A DNA stretch of 63,348 nt, filler included, from Basidiobolus ranarum (taxonomy: Eukaryota), in assembly GCA_040143965.1 (NCBI GenBank). It is 5 parts of 5 records of this genome, joined end to end, with 100 filler letters (N's around TTAATTAATTAA, not from the genome) between each part and the next. Parts side by side here need not be neighbours in the genome. Positions count along the whole stretch, not along the records: positions 12,733 to 25,326 come from JASJQH010007406.1; positions 25,427 to 38,015 come from JASJQH010007407.1; positions 38,116 to 50,693 come from JASJQH010007408.1; 2 more parts are not named here. One strand, 5' to 3'. Numbering within the stretch: the stretch's first letter is position 1; every line of letters begins with the position of its first letter. Both the position numbers and the translations under genes were made by a program. This document shows, piece after piece, positions 24,446 through 38,700 of the stretch. The notes under the pieces are model-generated. The model searched no databases. It had not been told where the DNA came from and worked only from the letters and a program-made list of their open reading frames with translations.

Positions 24446-25326
24446 TGTTGAAATTAGCATTACCTAAACACCTATATAGTCATATATAGCTTAGTACTTA
24501 GTAATCTTGTAACTCACTAAGATGTTATCCAATATTCTCAATCAGAATTTACTTAGAATATTGACACCAACTTAGAAGTTCTTAGATATATAGATTTTTC
24601 AAACTTATACTAGAAGCCTCAAACTTTGTACACATGCTCCTGGTACCTTTCTCTAACACATTCTACATGTTAGTTTGCTTATATCTTGACAAAACTATAT
24701 ATGTCAATTTTCTACTCAATTAATCAATAAGTAAAAACCATCAATTCCTCTAATTCTCCAAACCACTTCCAACAGGCTCCCAAATACTTTAACAGGCTAG
24801 GAGCCCCAAGCCTGCACACTCTGTAATGTCTACTTCTCAAATCTATGGAATTTTTCCCTTTTCTGAAAGATTGGATGGAACCAATTATCAAGTTTGGAAA
24901 ATTAAAATGAAAATGCTGCTGCAAGAAAAAAGACTTTTGGACACTGTTGTAGGAGAAGAAAACAATGCAAAACTATCTGAAACCAAAGTTTTACTCCAGG
25001 TTCAACAAGAACAAAGTGCCTTCAACACAATTTGTCTGAAAGTCATAGACAAATTGCTAATTCAATGTTTAAGAGCTAAAACAGCCAAGAAGGTATGGAA
25101 AGCCTTGGAAGACACCTACCAAACAAGTTCTGCTGCCAACAAGATGTTTCTAAGAAGACAATTCTTCAACTTAAAGATGAAGCCAGGAGAAGACACCAAA
25201 TCACTAATTAGCAGAGTCACTATTTTAGTCAATGAAATGGAATGCATTGGAGTACCTACCACTGATCAAGATATCATAGTTACAGTCCTGAATAGCCTGC
25301 CACACAAGTTTCAGAGCCTAGTGATG
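24446..25326 (+). mobile_element. Ty1/Copia retrotransposon 5' end: LTR 24446-24794, PBS 24795-~24806, gag from 24826, cut by contig end
   Basis: TG...ACA LTR boundaries, then GGCTAGGAGCCCC, then an open gag frame. Confidence 0.92.
24826..25326 (+). CDS. Copia-type Gag (DUF4219/UBN2-like), partial
   Basis: ERLDGTNYQVWKIKMKMLL, TAKKVWKALEDTY, LRRQFFNLKMKPGE and VLNSLPHKFQSLV. Confidence 0.9.
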
Positions 25327-25426
25327 NNNNNNNNNNNNNNNNNNNNNNNNNNNNNNNNNNNNNNNNNNNNTTAATTAATTAANNNNNNNNNNNNNNNNNN
25401 NNNNNNNNNNNNNNNNNNNNNNNNNN
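25327..25426. other. Artificial contig spacer
   Basis: N44-TTAATTAATTAA-N44. Confidence 0.97.
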
Positions 25427-26246
<820 letters not shown>

Positions 26247-26615
26247 GCATATGTACACAATAATAGATCTTTGAATTCATTACTAGTCAATAAATGTTAG
26301 TACCCCTCTCACTCTGACTCGAAATTTCTACACATGTAACAATCTACCGGATGTAAATTCATGATAATTCAATTCAAATGATAAATAGATTTGACAGATC
26401 CTAAATATCCAAATAAATCCACGTTGATCACAACACACAATTCTTTGCCATTAGTGATTTTTGATTAGTCCATTGAATACAATCAAGGGAATCTTCGGTT
26501 ACTCAATCTATATTCTACAAAATTCTTTGTATCCATCAAGTACAACTTGACTTCAATTCAGTCATTGTAGTCAACGTAATATAAGTGGCTCTATTTATCT
26601 AATGTGGTGGTAAAT

Positions 26616-27479
26616 ATGTGTATCTTATTACTTCGCGAAAAAGCCCCGAATGATTTATACGAGAAGTATCTTGTACAAAACAGCCGTCAAGCACTCTTTC
26701 TTCCCATCATAACTCATACCCCCGTCAACATCACCTCTCTAACAAAGATACTCGAACAAGATCCAGTCCAACATTATTGGGGAATATTAGCTACTAGTCA
26801 ACGGGCAGTGGAGTCCTTGAAAATCGCGTTAGATCAATGTTTTGAGAACAAAGGTATCCACAACAAGATATAGTATTTCTCAATCTTTCATTAACTTGGT
26901 TTTCGTGACATAGATGAGGAAGGTAAAAAGAGGTGGTTGGCTCTTCCATTCATTACGGTAGGTAAAGCGACCGCTAAACATGCAGAAAACCTTGGTTTCC
27001 AGTGCTTTGGCGAGGAAACTGGTGTAGCAACGGAATTATCCAAAGATATTATCGAGAACTTTATTCCTAATCACCCAGAGATCGCAAAGAAGATTCCTGA
27101 ACAATCATTATTATTTTTATCTGGTGATAAACGTCGAGACATACTCCCTACCCGTCTAGGTGCTGCTAATATACCCATTCACGAACTGACGGTGTATAAA
27201 ACCGAACCATCTCCCAGCATCTCGCATGAATTGAAGAATCTGATCCAGAACAATCCCGAAATTAATTGGGTAGTATATTTCAGCCCCTCTGGAGTAGACA
27301 TGACTCTGGAGGCGATTCAGCATTCTGGCTTATTATCATACGCTCGCATAGCTGCTATTGGACCTACCACCCGGGATCATCTGATAAAGCTTGGAATTTC
27401 AGTTCATATAACTGCCAGCAAACCTGAGCCATCAATTTTGGCCAAAGAAATTCAAGAATATGACATTGGTAGATTATAA
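26616..27479 (+). CDS. HEM4: Uroporphyrinogen-III synthase, 2 exons
   Basis: GILATSQRAVESL, TVGKATA, LLFLSGDKRRDILP, ELTVYKT, WVVYFSPSG, AAIGPTT and ASKPEP. Confidence 0.92.
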
Positions 27480-27583
27480 GTTTATGCATGTGTTAATAAA
27501 TAAATAAAGGAACTATTACAAATGAGGAGCATGTACATTGGGTATTTTCTCACCCAAACCAAATTAGGGTGCAATTCATGGTG

Positions 27584-28392
27584 CTATTCATTATCTCTTG
27601 TCCAGATCTCTATCATTCTTAAAAGGCTTCTTTTCGCCAACAGAAGACCGTCACCTTGGATCATACTATGGGAGAATCGGTCCAAAAATTGGGCTTGTGT
27701 CCCATCTTGCCAACTTGTGATGTAGCGTCGACCTAGTTCTATTCCAGGAGTGAAGATCTTTCTAATCATTTGTGAGGCTAAAGGATTGTTAATCGAGATA
27801 ATGCCAACAGCGCATCATTAGTAACGCATCATTACCATCTATTTTTATATCTTTGGATTTCTCTATCACATTGATGTGGAGCTCAGCTCTGCAGAAGAAA
27901 GAGTTTAGTAAAGAGTATTACGAGCAACGACCAAACCATCGATTCTTCACCTATTCCAATCGGGAATCTTATCCTCGTTTATCTCTAGAATGGCAAAATC
28001 CATTAAAATCCTTTCGAATACTTTCCATTTTCAACATGAAATACCTCTTATATGTTGACGACAGTTCTCTGCCCCTTCTATTCTATAAATATGAATCCCT
28101 TCAAAAGGATTCCAGCTGCGTTGTTTCTGTGAATGTTCAAGTTAAATCTCCGTGTTAGGTTGGGTTTACAGAGGTATCGTAGTCTCATTCTATCTCTTCT
28201 CTACTGACCATCATGCGACGAACACACCACATTTGACACTGTGGTTCTCCATCCTCAGTGAGTTCCTCATCTGTGCACCGGTGCAAACAGAATTGACCTA
28301 CAGATAACTAGCATTAAGTCTTGCCATTTGAATGGGTGAGAGGAGAATTCACAGTCATCTTGGTTACCTCGGTCACTTCCCTCACTATTCAT
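27584..28392 (-). CDS. Hypothetical multi-exon protein
   Basis: Plausible exons MNSEGSDR / QFCLHRCTDE..PQCQMWCVRR / SWNPFEGIHIYRIEGAENCRQH / KIFTPGIELGRRYITSWQDGTQ..FL, bounded by GT-AG sites. No family recognised. Confidence 0.5.
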
Positions 28393-28846
28393 GATATTCG
28401 AAGGATTTTGCTTTTCGGTGGAGGGAGATGGGGACGGGGACATGGTAAAAAAGTAGCGAAATTTTTCCGATCAAACCTCGCTATGTTGGTCTAACTTTTC
28501 GAAATCTAGATTAAATATTCACAAAAAATGGGAAAAAAAACAATCGATCCAAAATAGATTTATTCCAATCTGACAAATGGCTAATCGTCTAGCTCAGCGT
28601 ATGGTTAATTGGACAGCACTTTGGTTGGAATATTGGCTAAACATATATATTATCTGGACTTCGGTTATACCGTTTAGGAATCCAAGTCTATTCTATCTTA
28701 TCCCGATGCGATGGCATCCATATCAATTCCCTTTATGGGAATTCCAATCGGATGAGGGGGGTTCGGTGCCCAAATAAAGGGTCCAAGGGATGGTTTGTAC
28801 AACAAATATTTACAGAGTGACACTTCCAGAATGCTGATGTTTGTGA

Positions 28847-29940
28847 CTACGCACCCTCGGCCTCAGGTGGAGTGAAGTACGAAGGGGGAGGGGGAAGTAG
28901 CGAGTTTCCTGGTTGGCAGTAAGCTGCGTATGGTGGCAAATACTCAAAAACCTCCTGATTAGAAGCAGGCATCATGATAAACGGTGTTTCAATCGTATAA
29001 GCTTCGGTTTTGTCACCACGAAGAATGTCCATATTAACCCGTAGGATGTGATGAACATTGATTAGGTCTGTAGCACAGTCATGATGAACGGTGATGTTTT
29101 CTTGTATAGGGACCAATATATGCTTCTCGATAGTTGGGCCCACGCTCGGGCTGGAGATGTCGGTGTTGGAGAGAAGCTTGACCAGTTTGGTCTCCGTTTT
29201 CGAAATCCCATTTTCTCGATCGTAGTAAGTGGTGAATTCTTTCAAAGCGAACTTGATATTTTTGACACTAATGTTTTGATTTTCGGTGGACCAGACCTTC
29301 AATAGAGTAGGGACCATATCACCAACGCCATAAGCGCTCATAGGAATAAACATCTCGTATCCTAGCATCTCAGACCAATTGCCACTAACAATAATTGGTT
29401 CAATTTGTTCTAAGGCGTATGGTGAGGAGTACCGTTTAACGATAGCTTCCGTCTCGGCAAATAAGTCGCGTTTGAACAAAGGTCTCTCGGCGATTGCTTC
29501 CAAACGATATTGAATATCTCCATTTTCCGTGTGTACGGTTTCTGGAAGAGTCCCTGAAAAGGGGTAGTCGAAGTAATATGAATGCTCACCAGGCGGCACA
29601 ACATGAGGCGCTGAAGTGGGTTCTAAAAGGGTCCATGTAAAATCAACTAGTTCCTTCTTCTTGTGCTGAACTATAATATGGTAGCCATCAGCTGAAGGGA
29701 AGTTTGGTGAGCCAATTGGGTAAAACATCCAAATACACAATCGAAAGGAAACATACATTCAGCCCAGATAGCCTTGGCTTTTCCGCGTAAACGAACAGTA
29801 AGACTCTTAAATTTGCACGGTTCATCAAGCTTGAGAAGAACCCGGCCCCTTAGCACCGAGCCAGCCGACTCGTGTGGTGCTCCATGCAATATGAGGTAAT
29901 CTTCAGCAAGTCGAATCTCGAAGCGGGAGATCTTTACCAT
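28847..29940 (-). CDS. Alpha-arrestin (ART/Rod1-like), intron 29756-29692
   Basis: EIRLAEDYLILHGAPHESAGSVLRGRVLL, PGEHSYYF.YPFSGTLPETV, IQYRLEAIAERP, and PY motifs LPPY and PPPSY. Confidence 0.88.
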
Positions 29941-30725
29941 TATCTTGAAGTTCTCTGATACTAATAATGAATGAATAATTGGTAAGAAAGAGGATGATGG
30001 CCGTGTTTGCCATATATATATACATCCCGGTACACCACACCCTATGATTAGTCCAAACATGAACGAATGTAATTTGATTCCTCCCGAGCCATTTTATTTG
30101 TCCTGAAATCTCATCGGGTTGATAAAGCTTCAAAACATCCAAATTGGGTCAAGGTTCAATCCTATAATCCAGTTGAAAACAACGCTGGCTTCTGAGATAT
30201 TATGACACACTGGGCTGTCTGAACTACGCAGTATAATGTCTAATACAGTAGTTATACCATTGTTAGTGTCCTCTAAACCCACCAATAATCCTACTCTTAT
30301 CAGTGCATAGCAATTCCAAACTTGCCAGCAAGGACATAGGTTTAGGCACAACATATTAATGCTAAGCATCTCGACTTCACAGCTTACTGTCAGGTGGAGT
30401 CTGCACGAATCCGCTCGGTAGCAATAGGAACCATATCCCAAGAATAGAAAGTAAAATGCATGGCTTGTATTAGAATTTCTTAATCAGACTACATTAAAGC
30501 CTGGATATGTCGGTTTATCAGTCTTGGTGATACTGCGAGATTTCCAATATTGATGTTAATTACTCAAACTTACTGCAACCTTGTAGGTTAAATTATCCGG
30601 AATTTTTTGAAAAGATCTATTGAGTTAACACGAGTCATATATATCCCCCAACTTGTGACTAGTTTATGCACCTAAGTAGGAAGAGCACAATACCTTCAAC
30701 GTGTAGTTTACTCTAATTCACCATA

Positions 30726-33700
30726 ATGGAGTATGGAGCTCAATTCAAGGACTTCTCTTATTGTTTAACAAAAGACATTGATTTACTCCTTGTTTTAAGA
30801 GTGTACGTTTTACTGCCTTTTAGGAGGTTCTCTTTTTTCTTGTGAAGTTTACTTTTATACATCAATCTTTTAGTTCTTCTTTAGAGGGAGCCAAAGAGCA
30901 GAGGCCCATAAATGAAGTTCCTATAGATCCATCATTGTTACTATCAGAATTAAATTTGAGGTTTGGCATCGATCACTTTCAAGGCTAAATATTCTTTTGG
31001 TTCCATACATATTCATCTTGTGAGTGTATTTATTTCCAACTCCTAGCCTACCAAGTCAACGTTCGGATCTCTACGTAACTTGTCAACTATTTGCCGATAA
31101 TAAACCCTTAACAGTAGCTGTAAGAACGCCCTATAAGCAATTCAAAAACAGATGGGTGTAAGTTGATACTTGATGATGTATTTGGAAACTACCTAAATTT
31201 ACGATATGTAATCCAGTTGGAACGAATGGATTACTGTACCCATTAAATACAAAGATTTACCGGCAAACTCGCAGTTGGCTTTTACAGTTTGGGATATTGC
31301 TAGTCCAAGAAAGACGGTACCCATAGGGGGAACAACACTGCAACTTTTTACTAAAAACAAGTACGTGTCGGCTTATTAACTCGAAGCCATTTTTTGTTGA
31401 CGTATTTATTATATATACATAGCGCAATGAGGAAAGGAAGACAGAAGCTATACCTTTGGCCTGATGTAGAGGCTGACGGTGGGATATATACAACCACTCC
31501 TAGTAAAATCCCTGAACGTGATGAAATGGATCGATTAGAGAAGGTATACCAATTTCTATAGTGCCCACTAACAATTTCATTATCGTAATAACTCAAACGT
31601 CATTTGCATCATTTTAGCTGGTAAAGAAGCATGAGAGCGGTGACCTTCCGCGATTAGATTGGCTTGATAACCTTGCTTTTCGAGAAATTGAAAAAATTCA
31701 TAACGTTGAGTATTTGTTTATACTCGAATTATTAGTAAGCAAATACTTACTTTGTCAATAGAAAGAAACAGCAAAATCTACGAAAATGTTCCTGTATATC
31801 GACCTACCGAAGTTCGATTTCCCTCTTATATACAGTGAGCAGGTATATAGCAGCTACACATCATTCTCCTAACGTTAAACTGATCATTCCATCAGGAGTA
31901 TCCACTTCCTAATACACCTCTACATGAGCCTTCACTTGTTGTTATTGCGGATCCGGAGATGTCCAGTGAAAACCCTGTCGAAGCTAAACATCGTCGTCTT
32001 GTAAGAAGCCATCGAAATGGACCTCTGGATCGTGACCTGAAGCCAAATGCAAAGATAAGAGATGATTTGAATGTAACTTCACCATTGTATTGTTCATTGT
32101 TGAATGTTTCCTGAATCCTCTTCTCTAGATCATCTTAAAATATCCACCTACACAATCGTTAACCACTGAGGAGAAGGATCTATTGTGGAAGTTTAGATTC
32201 TACCTAACTCGTGATAAAAAAGCTTTAACGAAATTCTTGAAATGTGTGGTTTGGACTGATGCTACCGAAGTTAAACAAGCTGTGGATTTACTACCAACTT
32301 GGGCAGATATCGATGTGGATGACGCTTTAGAATTGTTAGGACCCGGGTTTGAAAACCATAGTGTCCGAGGTTATGCAGTTAATCAATTGAAAAAAGCTGA
32401 CGATGACGTATGTCGATCTTATTCCTAACAGGACCTTCAATCAACCACTAATAGCATGTTTAGGATTTACTTCTGTACCTTTTACAACTAGTGCAAGCAT
32501 TGAAGTTCGAAGGGATAGATACCCGAAGAAACAATGGGCAAATGTCTAGCTTAACGGAGTTTTTAATCGAGAGGGCGATCCGAAATCCTGTTCTTGGAAA
32601 TAACTTCCATTGGTAAGTGGCTGGAAAAGGTGCTTTCGAGTATTGTTTCTAATTGAATGCAAGGTATCTCATGGTGGAATGCGAGGATAAAACATTGGGG
32701 AAAATGTATGGAAAAGTGGCGTTTCAATACATGTCAGCCATGATGGAGGTAAATATTAGAAAATGGTCACTTTCGCATGCAGTAACTAAAGGGGTTCTTA
32801 GATATCTTCTGGCCATGTCCGTCGGGATGTGTTAAGACGTCAAGGTGAATTAATGAAAAATATTCTATCCATTGCAAAAGAACTTCGTGATTCCAAGGAA
32901 ACTAGACTGAAGAAGGTAATAATGTATTGGCATTACTGGCATATCACTGCATCCTTGGTAATAGATTCTATCAGATTGAACGACTCCGAGCGATTATATC
33001 TGATCCCAAAAGCGGATTAAGTTCTTTCCCACCACTTCCCTTACCGTTGGATGCCAAAGTTCAAGTGACTGCAATAATTCCAGGTTTGTAAATTACGGCC
33101 ATTGGCTTCTAGCGAATGAATACTTACACATGGGTTATAGAGAAATCAACGATTTTCAAGAGCAGTCTTATGCCGTTGAAGTTGACTTTCCAATGTGTTG
33201 ATGGAACCGAATATCCGGTACTTTCCTTTAAGCCTCCTATTATGCTTTCTAGGGTCCTAAACTTCACAACCTTTAGGTCATGTTCAAAACTGGAGACGAC
33301 TTGCGACAGGATCAGCTAGTCATCCAAATCATTACGCTGATGGACAAATTACTGCGTAAAGAGAATTTGGATTTGAAGCTAACCCCATACAAAGTACTGG
33401 CTACAGGCTCCGATCATGGTTGGTTAAATAGGGGTTCGGTCAGCATGCATCGTCTTTCTAATCGCTAATCTTCACAGGCCTCATTCAACATATTCCTTCC
33501 AAATCGTTGGCAGCAGTTTTAGCTGAGCATAACAACAGTCTTCTCTCATTTCTCCGTGAGAATAATCCTGACAATAGGGCCAGTAGTTACTACGGTGTAA
33601 GCCCAGCTGTAATGGATGCCTACATAAAGAGCTGCGGTAAATAGATGGTTTTGCATTCACTTCAAATACAACTGGCTAATAGATTGATTTTCAGCTGGAT

Positions 33701-34318
33701 ATTGCGTGATCACTTATTTACTGGGAGTGGGAGATCGCCATTTGGACAACTTGCTCTTATCACCTAATGGTATTCCATTTATATATCATTTGGATGTTGA
33801 ATGAGAATTATTGTGAAAATGCACTTTTTAACATTGAAATATGAATATCTTTAGGTCGATTGTTCCATATTGACTTTGGTTTCATCTTGGGGAGAGATCC
33901 TAAACCATTCCCCCCTCCCATGAAGCTTTGTAAAGAAATGGTCGAAGCAATGGGTGGCCAGTCGTCTCCTCACTATCAACGCTTCAAATCTTACTGCTAC
34001 AGTGCATTCACGATATTACGAAAATCCGCCAACCTCATACTTAATCTTTTTGCGCTTATGGTGAATGCAAACATCACTGATATCGCTATCGAACCAGATA
34101 AAGCTGTTACGAAGGTAGGTTTCTTGTAAAAGTTGATTACTAGACCAAGTGGATTGATTTCGATGTTCAAATTATAGGTTCAAGAGAAATTCCGTCTGGA
34201 TTTGACAGAAGAAGAGGCAATTCAGTACTTTCAAAACCTTATCAATGATAGTGTTAGCGCTCTCTTCCCTCAACTTATGGAAACTGTTCATAAATGGGCG
34301 CAATACTGGAGGAAGTAA
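30726..34318 (+). CDS. VPS34: Class III phosphatidylinositol 3-kinase Vps34, many exons
   Basis: [97 protein letters not shown] and C-terminal HKWAQYWRK. Confidence 0.96.
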
Positions 34319-34744
34319 GCATTTATCAAAGGGGAGTATCTTATGTCATATTAACACTTAGTACGTTACATGTGTGAATAAACTCAGCCACTCTAAATTA
34401 CAAGTGGCATTTGTGTGAAAAGTCGAGATTGAGTCTACGAGGAATATCATAATTATATATTCCATGAAGAATCGATGTGTTCTGACGCCATTTTTAGATA
34501 GCTATGAATCTGTATGTCGATTTATTGAAGGTAGGAGCATAAATGAGACTGGTGTTGTTTATAGAAGATGATGGTAATGAATATTTGGATACACTAGTCT
34601 ATATAATATAAGTAGGTAGAGTGACGATGGATTTGAGTTTAGTACAACGGTATATGTGCATACATAGAGAACGATATAGTTTGCAAAGGTATAAAATAAG
34701 AGAGATTAAAAGCAGTGCGACAAAATTAGTTTGAGAGACAGACT

Positions 34745-35854
34745 CTAAGGAGCAGTCATTACAGTACTCTGTGAAGTGCTCACACAATCATACGAAGGTG
34801 GAAGAGACATCCGCCGAGCACATACATTTGGAAACCATTCGGCTGTGTAAACGGGGAGACTTTGATCAGGTCCATTATTCGACTCGGCCATGATAATGAT
34901 GGGGAATTCTACGTAGAATGCCTTTTCTCCTTCCTCCAAAGAGTCAATCTCAACACGCATCTTCAATTTATGTTGAATCTTAATTAATTCCGTACTGCAA
35001 TCGTAGTGGATACTGTCAGATTCGGAAGGAATGGGTAGATGCAACGTTTTCTCAAATATTCCACTTAAATCATCGCTATCAGTGGTGAAGTTAAGCCATT
35101 GACGTTCTACCTTGAACCGACCACTTTCTGGTTTGCAATATGTAACGCATTCTTTCAAGTGACAACTAATGCTTTTAAAGGTTGCATCCTTGACCTCTGG
35201 GAATAGTTTAATGGTTACTGGAATGATATCACCAAGACCGAACGATTTTACTGGCAGTGAGATTTCGTAGGGAATATTGTCATTCCAAACATCATGCACG
35301 TTGATGGGTTGTAAATGAGAGACAGAGCCAGGAAAAGAAAAGCGAACAATCGGAATCTCATGACGTTGCGTGGATTTTCTCTTAGGAAAAGGCCTATCGG
35401 CAATAGCCTTCAACATATACTGAATACACCCATTCTTAACGTGAACAGTCTCAGGAAGAGAACCTTCGAAAGGGAGCTCAAAAGCAAACTCGTGCTTACC
35501 CGGAGGAAGCACGTGAGGTTCACTTTTAAGTGGTAGAAGTGGCTTAACCATTTTGATGATCTCACGTTTTGCATGACGAACGTGAGTCTTACCGTTATAA
35601 GCTATTTGAAAGGAAAAGAATCAGTAAAATGAAAACACAATAGATAAATAGAAGAGATTCCGGAGAGGACACATACTACACTTCCAAGAAGCTTTAGCTT
35701 TACCGGTCAATTTTAGCGAGAGAGATTTGACCTTGGTCTCCTCGAGTAAATAGATTACAACCTTTCCCTCCAACACTACACCGCCTGACTCGGCGGGAGG
35801 ACCATGTAGAGTAACTTGGTCTTCAGAGGGGATAATTTCCATTCGAATAGCCAT
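34745..35854 (-). CDS. Alpha-arrestin, paralog of 28847-29940, one intron at the equivalent position
   Basis: TLHGPPAESGGVVLEGKVV, LPPGKHEFAFELPFEGSLPETV, IQYMLKAIADRP, and PY motifs LPVY and LPPSY. Confidence 0.88.
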
Positions 35855-36524
35855 TTTAACGCTTAATTGTTTATCAAATACTTTGACAAGTAGTTTGCTG
35901 TTCCAACAGAGCCTACCGCTAGAATTTATATTCTTATTACATGTACGAAAAAGGTCACAGAAATGTCATAACGTGAGGATATCAAGTAGTACATAAGATG
36001 ATTGGGGGAAAGTGGGCAAATTGAGAATCTATAAGCTTGTCTTTCCATTACTACGTCAAATTCTTGGGGTACAGATTCCAACATATCCAAGATAATCGCA
36101 ACCGCACCGATAATCAGTTACATGCATAATATTTCAGGAAATTGGCTCAGGAGTGATCGCACCCTAATAAAATAGCCTGTATTTGCGCGGATCGGACGTA
36201 ATTGCTTTTCGGCAAGCGTAGGAACTTCAAGTGCCTGCCTGAAAATATGCCTGGAAAGCAATCATGATCACTATCACATCTCATCTAGATCCCAAATAGG
36301 ACTGATAAACAAAACACTCATTTACAGTCACTTGACGGTCACCAAATATCTACCATCTGCCCAGTCTTTAGTCGATCTCCGCAGGCGAAATTCTTTACAA
36401 TAGCCTTATAACTTCATTCAAACTCATTTTTTAACTTTCATCTGTGCTACGCATCATGAAGCTTGATTCTTCTTTAATGTTGGTTGTCACACTCCTTTAT
36501 GATTTATTGGCTCCTTATTCCTTT

Positions 36525-37400
36525 TTAGATGTTGCTAATGCATGCCGAAGCTTCTGTATAATACCCAGACTCATTGACAAATATCCAGCCCCAAAATATT
36601 AAGGTGATTGAGAGAGTGATACAGTGAATACAATTCATGGCGTTGGTCAAACTTCGACGCTTAAGGGATATATGCATGATACTCCTCCCAAAAGCATTGC
36701 GGTGGTCAGGAGAATAAGGTCAAGATTGACAATTCTGCTTCGGAATGACCCCAACATGTGACTGGATCGTATAACACTCATCCTCCTTAATTATCAACGT
36801 CACAATTTCCAAGCCACAAATCTCCATGTAGCAAACTGGGTTCGATTGAATTGATGTCCCTAAAGAATATGCTGATGTTTTCAACTACTGGATATGCCTG
36901 ATCGTATAGCTCACTAAACTTATCTCGGCAAAGAGTCAGTTGATATTCCAGTTGAGTTTTAAAGAAGTCAATCCATGATTCCGTCCAGGTATTGATCTGA
37001 GGAGTACTTCCAATAGTACTGTCACAAATAAACCTAAACGATTTGGCTGGAGCATCTCGATAGGAATACAACTTCGCCAACTACCTTCCTAAAGATTGGT
37101 AGCCTTCGTCAGTCGTGTATTCACTGTTGAATTAGATATACCCTACGATAAGAAATCCTCCCTTCTTCAATTCACCTAAGTGATATACTTTTGAAACGCG
37201 AAAAGTTGAACCTTAGCAAGAGCACGTAGTCCTTTAGCTTCAGCCTGAAATATTTTGACTGCTTTAGCGTTTTCGTTAACCCTGATATAGAAAGGACCTA
37301 TCGGTGATGTATTTATAATTGTCGTTGATGCAGCCTGCTGCAATAATGACTGTTCTTTCAGTGAGAATCTTCTGCAAAGGATACACATATCTCTTCTGGG
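36525..37400 (-). pseudogene. Fructosamine/ketosamine-3-kinase family pseudogene
   Basis: AGCIND, FQAEAKGLRAL, TIGSTPQINTWTESWIDFF, PSLLHGDLWLGN, YDP..CWGHSEAELS and YSLYHSLNHLN are spread over several frames, with in-frame stops (DN*GG* near 36787). Confidence 0.8.
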
Positions 37401-38015
37401 TGCTGTTGAAACCACTCTTGTATGGACATTCATAATATTTGGGAAATATCAGATGATGATACTTCCACTCAGCCATTTTGTCCAGACTTCTTTTTGTTAA
37501 ATCTCAACAATCGATGGAACCTCAGTGGTATAGATCAGCTTGTTTTCGAAATGTTGACACTGGGTAAAATTATGGTATTGGCGAGGAGTCTATTCAACCT
37601 TGATAGTTTTTAGTTGCAGTATTTATTGCGGAGAATGAGAGCATGTAACACTATATCAAATTTACTCTGGGCTAGGGTTAGCTTCTAATTTTCATTACAT
37701 TCGATGATCAGGATCAGGTTGTGATTGGGATTGGGATTACAGGTAAATAGTCCAAGAATATCACGATAGCAGTATATTTTTTTTAATTTTTTTTTCCCTT
37801 TTGTGGGTACTAGGTTTTTTTTCTTGTTTGATTTATTGAACACATTGTTAGTTCGAACGAATTTCGCTGAACAACTTGACATAGACATTTTTAGATAGAC
37901 TACGTACATAATGACTAAAAAGAAGACACTGTCCAAACAATTTCACATTTCGCTTAACACACATGTTGCCGAGGCTGTATTAGCAAAATTCGACAATGAT
38001 GCTGATTTGTTCGCT

Positions 38016-38115
38016 NNNNNNNNNNNNNNNNNNNNNNNNNNNNNNNNNNNNNNNNNNNNTTAATTAATTAANNNNNNNNNNNNNNNNNNNNNNNNNNNNN
38101 NNNNNNNNNNNNNNN
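38016..38115. other. Artificial contig spacer
   Basis: N44-TTAATTAATTAA-N44. Confidence 0.97.
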
Positions 38116-38499
38116 CCTTGGGTATGAAGAACTCTATAAAAATATTCAGGAGAATATATCAAAGAGACTAGGGATTTTGAAGATGACAAATTAGCGTTCA
38201 AGTGGTAATTGTGTAAAATTTGAGTTGCGTTTTTTGCACATGTGTTGATCCATAGTTCTCTGAGATTTTAGCCAATCATTTGCAACTATTTTGCAAGATC
38301 TTGAAATTTTACTTCTGAAACTGAAAAAATTGATTAAAATCAAATCTAACTTGATGATTTTATGATGGTAAGTAAATGGTCAACCCCAAATAGATTAAAA
38401 TTGTGATGGTTTTCCTATGATAACAATCCTCAAATTTCTGTTAGGGTAACTATGATGTTGAATAAAGATTAATTATCCAACAGATCCTCCAACAAGATG

Positions 38500-38700
38500 T
38501 AAACAAACATGTAGAATGTGGCCCCAAACTTAGCACACATGTTTCAGAGACCTTCCTTAACACAATCTACACATTTGTTTGTCTGCATCTTGAAATAACT
38601 ATAACTGTCAGCTTTGAACTCAATAAATCAACAAGTGAAAACCACCTATACTTCTAGTGTGAAAAACTACTTCCAACAAACTCTCAAAACACTTAAATAA
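38500..38700 (+). mobile_element. Degenerate 3' half of a Copia LTR
   Basis: gccccaaactt...ctcaataaatcaacaagtgaaaaccacc...cttccaacaaactctcaaaacactta matches the LTR family. Confidence 0.7.
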
